Below are positions 11,276-22,120 of a stretch of 64,000 nucleotides of DNA, in pieces; positions within the stretch are counted from its first letter, which is position 1, and each line of letters begins with the position of its first letter. Where the stretch lies: contig JAYWIR010000009.1 in assembly GCA_036172245.1 (NCBI GenBank), forward strand, positions 4,030,001-4,094,000. Direction: 5' to 3'. Under the pieces are notes generated by a model. The model saw only the letters and a program-made list of their open reading frames with translations, made no database searches and had not been told where the DNA came from. The position numbers and the translations under genes are program-made. This DNA comes from Raillietiella orientalis. Its lineage: Eukaryota.

Positions 11276-14200
11276 TTCTCCCCCCGAGAGGGAGGAGATC
11301 TATTTTCGCGGCCGGAGGGGAACAACCCCAAAGGAAGCAGGTGCCCCTTGTGCCGTTCTGGAAATACCCCAGAGGGTCAACTTACAATCCCAGCCAGTCA
11401 ACAGGGGCAACCAGTGTCCACCAGTGTCGCGCCCCGGAAGAGGCGGACCAGAATCATCCTGACGAGGGGTAGTGGTGACTTGAAACCCATACGACGCATC
11501 CTTCGTTCTCGGCGTCGGTGCTTCCCCGGGCGGGATTCGAACCCTCGACGCCCGTTGCCTCCGCGCGCGCCGAGACCCCGCAGACGTGCGGCCGCCAGCG
11601 CGGACCTGAAGGATGGGTGGTTGGGTGTGGGGGTGGGATCTGCCTGAATGCGCGCTGCTCGGCGACTCCGGGATTTTCTTCTCACTTCGTTTCCAGCCTG
11701 GGCTCCTTAGCTGCAGCGACCTGGTCCTCCTCCGTGCCTGGAACTGCCGGTCGAAGGAGCCGCGTTTTCTCGCGCGCGAGGGTGGCGGCGCCAGGCGGCT
11801 TCCGAAACGGGAAGGGCGAAAGGTCATCCCAGGAGCAGAGTGGCTCCGTGCCAACGAGGGGCTCTTTCGCGGTCTGCTTGATCCCACAGAAGAGAGCCAA
11901 CTCTTCGGGAGGGATCGCTTCGACGGAGAGTCATCGTCGCTAACCCCCCCCCCCCCCCATCTCCAGCGTTCCGGGACGCCTCGGAACCGCGTCTGCTGCT
12001 CCGCCAGCAGGTAGGAGCACGGAAGTGAGTCCGGACAGCGTGACTGCGAAAAAGCACGTGATTTTCGCACACTCCCTCGGAGCGCGCGATTTCGATCCCA
12101 CGCGCACATTCCAGGATTCCCAGCGGTCTTCCTCTTCATTCCTTTTTTTTTTTCCGCTCCCGTTCCTCCGCTCGACAGGATCCGAAGAACGTCTATCCCG
12201 CGCTTTCCCGGCGAGAGCACCGCGAGCGCAGGACGCATGAGGGGAGCGACGGCTGTCAAGCGACGGCGTCACGGGGGATGCCGGGGAACGCAAGGAACCC
12301 CCTCCCCCTCCCTCCACCCCTACCGATCGGGGAGCGGGTCGAAACGGGAAGGCAACCGAAGGCTTCGACGGGTAATTCCCGGGGAAGAGAAAGACGGTTA
12401 CAAATGTCTTTCTGGGAGGAATCGGGCAGGGATCTCTCCCTCCCGATAGCCGGCCCGGAGTAATGGCAGGAGGACGGGGAACGCCAAGCGGGCGCACTCC
12501 CGGGGAGCTCGCGCGCCCGACCTTCGATTAGGGGCACGCGCTGACTCCGGCGTTTTCCTTCCACGATCGGGAAGCTCCCGCGATGACGAGAACGCCGCTC
12601 CATAAATCACCTGACCGGAAGCAACACGGACGGCGAACGGGGGCGCAGGTGGAAGGGAGCAAAGCGGGAACGCGTGCCCGATAGCCCTGCCGATCAGACG
12701 AAGGGGTGGGGTGGGAGAGAAGCCCCCCCTCTCTCCCTCTCTGCTCCCTGGATCCAGGATGGGAGCGCTGCAGCCCCCTTGCTCCGAGCGCTGATGCCTC
12801 GACCAGCGGGAGGGAAATCTGCTCTCGAAAGCTGGAGGACGGGAGGACGCGGAGGGAGGGCAGCCGTTCCTTCTCGGGCCGGCCGCCGGATTTCCTCTTG
12901 CAAAAAGATTCGTCGAGACCTGGACCACTCTCTGACCGCACGTAGCGCCGCCACTGCTGCCCCCGCTCGCGTCCGGGGGCATTCCGAAAAGACTCGTTAG
13001 GAAAGGATGCTTGGAGAACGTCGCCCGTGACAACGCCACACACGCACGTCCTCAAGGGAGAGCTCGGCGATTCTCCGGATGATCTCGAGCATAAACATCT
13101 CTCTCGCTCTCGTAAGAAATGAACCCTTTCGATGATGGATGCCACGGAGAGGTTGATGCTCAGGCTGACGAGAATTTCGATCCTCCGCTTCCCTCCACCG
13201 AGTGAATTTTGATTTCCCCGTCGCATCTTCTGGCATAATTGCCACGGTGCCTGGACCACGTTCGCGCACCTGCCGAGGAGGCGCGCGGCTCCATTAGAGA
13301 TGCACAAGGACCTGTTGTCCTATTTAATTACATGTTCCCATGCGTCGGGATGTTCACAAATACATTATATATATCTTCATCTATATCTATATCTTGGCTG
13401 CTCGTAACCCCGTTGCCAAGGACAGTGGCTTTTTTTTTTTTCCCGATCCGATTCCAATCTATGTATCCATCTACATCTATTTATATAGATGGATAAGGGA
13501 TCGAACCCATTGTTCTGTGTGTCCTTGGCGACGGATCACGAGCAGCCGATTTTTTTTTTTTTTTTTTCTTCCTTGTAAGCGCCTCGCAGCATCCGTGGAC
13601 ACGTCCCGCGCGGCAGTTCTCACTTCCTGGCACACGGCATCCTGATCGACAGCCTCCGTAGCAAAACAAGGTGGGGATGCGGCACGGGCGCGGACGAGGA
13701 ATGCGCGAACGCGACCTACACGCTCCGCTTCCCGATTCGCCGTGGTCCCCGCGGCCCCGGAAGCGAAGCTCGCGCTCTGGGGTGCCGACCGGGATAATTC
13801 TCCACCTCCCGGTCCGGAGGCTGGAGGGCTCGCCGCGCGTGGGCCGGGAGGGGGAAAACGCTTTTTCGAACAGGGACTTCGGGTTAAAGAGGGGGGCGCG
13901 CAGGAGGGCGTGCGCGAACGGCCACACGTTGGCGCCGCGAGGGCGCAGTGCACGGAGCTCTATGAAAGCGAGCGTCCTTTTGGGGAAGGGGAGGAAGAGT
14001 CCGTCCTGGAGGGGAGGTGTCTCTGAAAAGATGGGGGAGGAGGGGGGAGTCTCACCTTTTTCTGAAAGTCTCTCCCGCATCGAGAAAATCAGCAGCGGTC
14101 TCCGCGGCCTCGGGACGGGCTTCAGGATGATTCTCAGTGGGACGTCAGGATGGCGGAACGGTTTCCTTGGCATCGCTTACGGATTCAGCAAGGAGACGAG

Positions 14201-15883
14201 GCGCTCGTCCGCTCCTCCTCCCCCGAAGAGGGGAGCGTACCTCTTCTTCAGGCACCGCACTCTAGGAAGAAGTTCCTCCGTCCTGCTCTCCGGTGCAGAG
14301 CTGCTGCTCCAGGGTCGGCTGGAGGTTGGATTGCTGGAGCGCGCCGCCCATCGGCGCTTTCTCGGCCCTCTGGGCGCTTGTCTCGTCGAAGAACGCCAGC
14401 AGGAGATCGGAATGCGGGCGCGGAGCCACGGAGGTTGCGGGGCAGGGGTTACCGCGACGTCTTTCCCTTCCGGAAACGCGGCCGCCGCGCTGTGCCGCCT
14501 CCCCCGGTCCCCCCCCCCCTTCCCGATCCCGAGGATGTTCCGAGGTTTCGGGATCCCGGCGCTGCTGCTCCTCTCCCGCAGACGCTCCGGATGCGACGAC
14601 GGCTGCGAGCGCGCCTTCCTGTGCGTGGAGCGGAGCGCAGCGCTTTCATCGACTCGCTGAAGAGGGCGGGAGAGGCTTCGCGTCGCACTTTGGGTGCTTT
14701 TACTTCCAAGACTTTCACTTCCCCCCCCCTCCATCCCTCCCTCCTCCCCCTCTACAGACAAAGGAAAAGTTCTCAAACCGAAAGTCTCGGCTGCCTTTCG
14801 GGTGGGTTCGGACCTCTCCCGCCCAGATGAGCTCACGAGGACTCTCGGCTCTTGGACGCGTGCTTCTCACGGAACGCCATCCCGCCAGGATGCAGGCCTT
14901 CCCGGTTTTTTCCCAGTGCACGCTAAGGCGCGAGGGCTACACGGAATGCGGCATTCCGATCATTGCGGGCTTCTCGCGTTCGCGGCTTTGCGAATATCGC
15001 TCTGGACCGGGAACACGCGTCACCTCTTTCGGAGAAGATGGGGAAATCGATCGCCTGACACCGAGATGTGAAGACAACACTTGCGAGTTGAAGGATGTGC
15101 GCTCTTCGCTTGGCCGAGGAGGCGCGCGCGCACACCTTTTCTGCATTTTTTTTTTTTTTCTTCTTCTCCCCCCCCCCCCCCCCGTTGTCAACTGCTCTGC
15201 GGGAAGATTCGTCACTGCTGCCCCCACGCGTGGTCCAAGCACGGGTTCCCTTGAACCGGTGGTTTCCGGCACCAGAACACGGCGGCAGACCCTCCGTCAA
15301 AAAGGGGTCTCCTCAAAACGTGAGGGATTCTCCCTCTGGCAGCACTTCGCGTCCGACGCGATTATCGACCGTATCAATTATTCCTTTGGCTCTGCCTCAT
15401 TAAGATGGTAACCATCAACCCGTGGCAGAACCGCTCCCGCGAATTTCTGCCTGTCACAAGCTCCTTCCGGAGTCCTTTCGCTTTTGGCGTCCGCTGGCCA
15501 CGCCGACGCCCTTTGCCCGATGCACGCTGCCCGAAGGAGGGTTCGCTCAAGACTAGGTCTCAAATGAGCAAAGTCAGGGGGGAAGGGGCAGCCAAGCTGG
15601 CTGGCCGCACGGAGAGAGGTTGCCCTCTGAGACAAGGAAAAAAAACACGCACGCACGCACGCAGGCACGCAGGCACGCACGCGAGAATGTGGAAGAGTTT
15701 GTTGTCGAGGAGGCGGACTCGATGCGATCCGACCGCAGGGTTGCCACCTGCTACTTCGAGTATTCCGAAGAAGCACCAAGTTCGAAACGCAGCCGCCGTG
15801 CTCTCAAGCGCTCCTGCCCGTTCCTCCTCCAGCTTGCTGATCCCCAAAGCTGCTTGTAAACGGCATCCCTGTTTTGCAAGCCG

Positions 15884-17438
15884 GCTAGAGGCGGAAGGAA
15901 GCTCGTTCGCCCGGGAATCGCCACGGCAACTGCCCGGTCGTTTTCCGCCAAGACAAATGGCGGCGTGCGTCGGCCTTTGTGCGCCCCTCACAATCGGCTG
16001 CACTGCGGGCAGCGCGCGTCGCGCCAGCGGCGGGCGCCCTCGACACGCGCGCGCGACCGCGGAAAAGAAACGCAAGCCAGGTCATCGCGAGATTGCGTAG
16101 AAGCCGGCCAGGATCGCGGCTCCCGCAGGAGCTGTCCCTCGCATGACCCGCGTTTTCTTGGGATCGGGCGGCCTTCCCATCCTCCCGGGGCGCGCGGACG
16201 AACCGTGCTGATGCCGAAGCGGAAGACGCGAGTACGGATCGGAGTCTCTTCGCCGGCAGCTTCGTCCGCCGGCTGCAGATGCTGGACACTCCGCTCGCGT
16301 TTATCCGTGCGTGCGTCCCTTCGGCAAAAGGAAGGAGGGGAAGCGGCCCGCGAGCCAGAAACACGGAACCCCGGAGGAACCCCGCGGGAGGAACGGCGAA
16401 AAACCCCGGATGTCAGAACGTCACCATCCCGTAGACGGGAAGATTCGCGTAATTGGCCGAGCCAACAAAAACGAAGGAACAACAGTGGCAATGACAATAA
16501 ACTCTTGTACTATTACTTTGCGAAGATGGGGGGGATGAGAAAGATTCATGTGACCCCGGTACTTTTTTTCAACTTTATCTCCAGTTTCACGATGATTAGC
16601 TGGGTTAGATGTCAGCTTTGTTGCACCAGCGGGACGCATAATCCAAATAATTTTACTCCCCCTCTCCATTTAATGGCAACATAATAAGGGATGACGTTCA
16701 TCTATGGAAGGGATAGTTCGCCCTTATCTTTGCTTTTCAGAGGATTCGTGCAAAACATTTAGATTTGCAGTGAACAGTATTTAGAAAGATATTTACGACT
16801 CATCCAATTGTGTGGCAGATTAAATATATTCTTCCGTTTGTTATCCCGAGTGCGTCGAATCCCGTCTCATTTCTCTTCACCTGATAGGAGGAAAGAATGC
16901 CAAGCTTGATTGTATTGGGAAACCGTCCTCAGAGACAAATAACTGAACAATGGCGGGAGAAGCTGAACAGCAACAATTCAATCAGAAACCCATACGTAAT
17001 TCGGATGCGGACATTTTCTTTTCCTCTTTTTTTTTTTTTTTTGTATTTCGCGCAAAATAATATTCGAGGAGATGGGAACACTGTTTATTCGAAACGACTT
17101 TGGTCCATCCGTCTCAAGCGGAATCAAATATCGGATCAACGAGCGTAGCTAAACCGTTCCGCGGACACGGGTTAGTTGCTCGGACACGAACTTCGGTTGC
17201 CTGGAGATACCTACGCGATCCCGCGATGACCTGGCTTGCGATTCGAGCGTGGTCTGCTTCCCGCGGTCGCGCGCGCGTGTCGAGGGCGCCGCCGCTGGCG
17301 CGACGCGCGCTGCCCGCAGTGCAGCCGATTGTGAGGGGCGCACAAAGGCCGACGCACGCCGCCATTCGTCTTGGCTGAAAACGACCGGGCAGTTGCCGTG
17401 GCGATTCCCGGGAGAACGCGCTTCCTTCCGCCTCCAGC
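15884..17438. repeat. Long inverted repeat pair (15884-16100 / 17211-17438) enclosing a 1.1 kb spacer; fold-back or MITE-like
   Basis: The arms are reverse complements over about 215 nt with scattered mismatches and one ~12 nt indel. No target-site duplication recognised. Confidence 0.9.
16480..16900. promoter_or_regulatory. AT-rich GATA-site island inside the long inverted repeat
   Basis: TTATCT at 16575 and 16724, TGATAG at 16882, plus GGATAG, AGATAT and TTATCC. Confidence 0.4.
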
Positions 17439-20400
17439 TCGCGCTGCCCACCGCGCACATATGTGTGCTTCTCGCGCGTCAGCGGCGCTGCAATAAAAAA
17501 AGAGGCCAGCGATTTTTCCAGAGCTGCGTCCGAAGCAGTGCCATATGGTGCGGGCCCACGGGAAGGAATGACCGGACGGATTTCGGCGATCTCGGTTCTC
17601 CGGACCTCGCGTGTCCTTGCGCGGGTCCTCCTCATTCGGTTTATGTTCCGATCGGGCGAGTTTACAACGAGTTTCCCGGCCGCTGTAAAGCCGGAGGAGG
17701 AGGTCCCCACCGAGGATCCACCGAATGGAGCTCGGAGGCCGCCGGGGCGGCGGCGCACCGTCCGCGGAGCGACGAGTCGCTCCGCGTGGGCGAGCGAGCA
17801 TTTCGCTCCACGGCAGTGCTGTAAACGCGCTGCCACGAAAGTAACGTGGTAGCAGCAGCTCGTTTATGGCTTTCGTTCCCGGGCACGGTGCCTCCGCAGA
17901 TGCATTCAAAACCATCTCATCCTCCAGCAGCGTCTCCGCGCGCTCGGTGCCGCGACTTTCCACGTTTCTCTCTCCTTCCGCTGCGGACGTCGCTCCTCGT
18001 CCGGATCGCTTCAAGGTGTGCGCGCGCGCCTCTCAACTGCCCTTCGAGATCGCAGCTTTCGGGCGCTCGGGGAAGCGGCGCTTCCCCATGGCAACGGGGG
18101 GTCGAGCTCCGCCGGAACCTGCCTTCCCCGAACGCTCTCGCCTTCCGCTTCTCCCACCCGGGAGTCGGGTCGCGCGAACCTCGGCGCTGCCCGGGTGCGC
18201 TCCGGAAATTTCAGCGCGGGAGGTCCATCCCGGGGGATCGTCGTCGTCGCGACGTGGCGCCCTGCGCCCTGCCCTTGGAGTGGAGGACTGGAGGGCGTTC
18301 GAGCGAGAGGAAGAAAAGGGAGGAAAGCAGGAAACGGCTTCCCGGATCCTCCGTGGGCGCCGCGCCGGATTCCGCGCCTGCAAGGGAGCCGACGGCACCA
18401 AGACGGACAGGAAGACGAAATCCGGAGAGCGCAGGATGCTTTCGGAGGCGGTGGACGGATGGGTTGCGCGAGCATCCGAATCCGTTCCCCCCCCTCCTCC
18501 TCCTCCTCCGAGGTCAGGGGCTCTTCGTGCAAGTGACCTCCGAGGCTCTCCATGCGTGTGGGTGGCCCCTCTGGAGTCTTCGCGCTGGAAAGCCCGACGC
18601 TGGGCACTGCCGAGAGGGCAGGGACGTCCCACTCGAGCCGAAGGAGGAGCGGGCGGTCGTTCCGGAGCCCCTTAGGGGCCGCGGATCTCCTTCCTCCTCC
18701 TTGCTGTTCGCTGAGAAACGCCTGAAGCGTGGCTGGACGCTGACCACCTCTCCCGGAGTTCGCTGCCCTCGACTCCTCCGTTTCCACGGAGCCTCCCCGT
18801 CCCTGGTTGCGGAGGCCGCGATCTTTCCCGACGGCCGCTCGCATCCGTGGAGGGTCTTCGGCGGAGGAAGAAGGGCCGGCCCTCTCGGCCTCAGGAGAAT
18901 CGCCGGGCGACGGGCCTAGAGGAGGAGGAACAACGGGGAGGCGTTGGAGCCAACAAGCATCTCCCTCTGGGCCCCTGCATCCCTTCCCCGGCCCTCTTCG
19001 GGGAAATCGCGCACTCCTCTGTCTGTCCGCAAGGTGGGAAGGTCGCATCCTTGGGCAGTGGGTTCCGGGATGCTCCTGTGGGTGGATCCGCCAGCCACTT
19101 CCCTGCCATCGGATGCCCCCAGGGTCTTCTCTGGAGGAACCTGAAGAATCCCTCAGTCCCTTGCGGACGGCTCCCTCCTCCTCCCGCGGAGGAGGTGCTC
19201 CCCAAGGAGGGGATGGAAGCGGAGCGGGCGTGGCGTCGGCGCTGCTCCAGCTGGATGCTCCCTGGGGGAAACTTCGGTCCCTTCGAGCGCAGAGATTACC
19301 CTGCCCCATCGCATCCCCGCGCTCTTTCGTAGGGCACCACCGGAAAGGGAGAAGGGGAGGGGGAAGTGGAGGAAGGGCCTGGAAGAACGGCTTGACTCCT
19401 TCCCGGAAGATGCGGCGAGAGAATGGATGGTCTAGGGGGAAGGGGGAGGGCGAGGGAGATGGTTACTTGGAGGGTGAGGACGTCCATCGTTGGTGCCGCC
19501 GCTGGCGTGCGCGACCCCGCATGACCCCGGAGGCCTCCTCCTTCTCTTTAGGGTGTTGGCAGTGGGCCGTCGCCGTCCCCTTGCACCTCCTCCTCCCACC
19601 CCCCTGGCCGGTGCGCCCTTTCGCGGTCGCGCTCGATCGCCAGCCTCGGGAACGAAGGAGAGAAGGCGAAGGGACCCGTTTCCATGGTTCAAGGGGGATG
19701 GATGGGGTGTCTTCCAAGGGCCTCCTCGACGATGCGGCTGCTGAGATGAGAAGCAGCAGAACACTTCCCCCCTCACCACGAGCACCTGTCCGCTCCCACG
19801 GACGGACATCCGTTTCCATGGCGTCGATCCGCTTCCCGCCGTGGAGGGGAACCTTTCCTTCTCCCATTTCTATTCCTGACGCGACCACGGAGTGAGTATC
19901 CTCGTACTAGGGAAGGGGAGAGGGGAGGGGGGAGTCTGATCCCGCCGGGTCGCGGCACGCCCGTCTCCCCGGAAACGGGGGGGTTCCCTCGAAGGAGGCG
20001 GCGGCGCAACGATGGTTGCCAGGACGATAGCCCGGGACACGCGCGCGGGCACGGGCTTTCCGTCCTTGGCTCCCCCTTCCGGCCTACTCCCCGGCGGTTC
20101 GCGCCGTGTGATCCTCCCGGAACGAGCGTTCTATTTATTGCGCGTCCGGGATCAGCGGAGGATCAGGAGCCGCGCGGAGGACCCGGTGGCTGGAGCCGCG
20201 GATGACGGCGTGGCAAATAATCGTGTTTGTCCTGCCTCATTAATCGTGGCATTAGCCGGCCTTCTCTGTGCCGAGCGGGTAGCGACGGGTGGGGGGGGGA
20301 AGGGGGGAGGGGACGGGTGTTTGAAGCGCGCGCGCGCTCGCGCACGCACGCACGCGCGCGTTTTGTTTTCCTGAATTATTTATTGCGCTTCCGGGCGAGG

Positions 20401-20506
20401 AGGATTTGGGGGAGGGGGAGGGGAGAATGCCAGGACTCTGAAGAGGAGAATTATGGAAGCGGCTGGATGTCGTAGGCGACACGGCTTTCCCTTCGCCGAG
20501 GCCGAG

Positions 20507-20652
20507 GAAGGGAGGAGGAGCGGGAGAGGAGGAGGAGGAAGAAAGGAGGAAGAGGAAGAAGTGGAGGAAGAGAGGAGGAGGAGGAGGAAAAAGGTAGAAG
20601 GGAGGAGGAAGAAGGGATAAGGAGGAAGGGAGGAAGAAGAAGAAAGGAAAAT
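20507..20652. repeat. Polypurine (GGA/GAA) tract
   Basis: About 145 nt almost exclusively A/G. Confidence 0.9.
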
Positions 20653-21289
20653 AATGCGCTCTGTTTGCCTTTATTTATTATTGGGGGGGGGGGAGCATTT
20701 GGTGTGCTCCCACGCTTCTTGCTTTCCGGAAGTGGTGCAAACCTGGAAGATGAGCCGCGGTGTCCAGGGGCGAACAAACACCTTCCACGGCATCTGCTCC
20801 TGTACAGCCATCATTATGGTACCCCGGGCGGATCGCCGTCCCCAGGCGACTAGTGGCCCCTCGACGTATCCGAGCACATAGAGAGCTGGAGAGAGAAGCA
20901 GGAGGAAGAGGAGGAAGAGGAGGAGGAAGCCACCTAATGTTCATCATCACCATGGCGAACACGGTCTCCAGTTTTGCGTCACATGATTTCTGCTCTGACG
21001 TAAAAAGCCGCGATGCAATAAACGCATTTCCGTAAGTGCTGACCTCTTCTTCCAGGGATCGTCTTTTCCCACGGGCCGCTCCGCTGAAGCATCCCTGATT
21101 CTCTTTCGCGGACTCCAGTCTCCTGTTTTTATTTTGTTTTGTTTTATTTCTCTGCTCAGCACGATGGTGATCTTGGGAAATGGAGCCGGTGTCTGGTCCC
21201 CCCCTCCTCCCTTCCTTCTTCCTCATCTCCCAGGGAAAAAAAAAAAAAGAACGCGTTTGGTAACCATGTCTCTGAAAATGTCCAAAGAA

Positions 21290-22120
21290 AAAATAAATAG
21301 ATAAATCAGGCACGGAGTTGTCAACCGTGAGAGGCAGTCGGAATACGGACGCGAATCCATAAACACGTCTGTTTGTTCATTTTCGAGCGCTCGCGGAGAG
21401 CGGGACCTCCGGCGCGCGCGCGCGCGCGCGTTTGCTGCACGCGCGCACGCGAGAGGGCGCGGGGCCCTGCGGAAGCGTCGCGCCCGAGTTTCTACAAAGT
21501 ATCCTCGCGACCGTTGGAAACGCCGAATGTGGATCTGCGGATCAACTTATAAATAACGCGGCAGCTCCATGGCACTCCCATCCGACGTCCTCCGCCGGAC
21601 GCGAGTTTCCCTAATAGAGGAAAAAACGATTCGAAAATAGCGCACGGGTAAGCCTAACTGGCAAGTCAATGAGAGCGGATAGCAGATAAATAGCGATTTA
21701 ATCAAAAATCACTGTAGCGTTTCAAATTCCCATTCAGATACAGATTCCATTCTCAACGATCTCCCTTATCTTGCGTTATGCGTTGGATAAATAGAGGCGA
21801 TACACCGGAGAATTGTATCTCCCATTGAACGCAACCGAGCATCGTGGACGCGATCATATTAAAGAGCTTGTTTGGAGAGGAAAAATGCTCTGGTTAAACG
21901 AGATAAAGTGGATAAGGAGGTGGGGAACTAAATTTGCAACCCCATTCCTCTCCCGAGCCGTAATTGATATTCTCCCCTGTGTCGGGAGCTGCAGCGAAAG
22001 CGCAAGATGCACGTCTTTAAAATGCTAAGCTGATTCGTCTCCGGGATATTTTAGCAGCATCCCAATGAGGGAGAAGAGGAGCTGATTAACCAGCGGATGG
22101 CAGAGAAGGTATCTGCAGCA
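21290..22120. promoter_or_regulatory. AT-rich island with clustered GATA sites (candidate enhancer)
   Basis: WGATAR at 21299, 21684, 21766(-), 21901, plus many GGATAA/GATAC/GATAT/GATT variants. Confidence 0.5.
21413..21430. repeat. (CG)9 tract, Z-DNA-prone
   Basis: Read directly from the sequence. Confidence 0.9.

Noticed and set aside
10640..11400. CRISPR-like array
   Set aside because: Repeats are degenerate, without constant repeat and unique spacer periodicity; eukaryotic context with no cas genes.
13480..13545. GGTTCGATCCC (minus strand) as a tRNA gene
   Set aside because: Isolated B-box-like string with no acceptor stem, D-arm or anticodon arm.
18011..19895. Overlapping 350-430 aa ORFs, including a GCPQG-like string at ~19110
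   Set aside because: No recognisable domain. A single RT-like motif without supporting ordered motifs is not enough to call an element.
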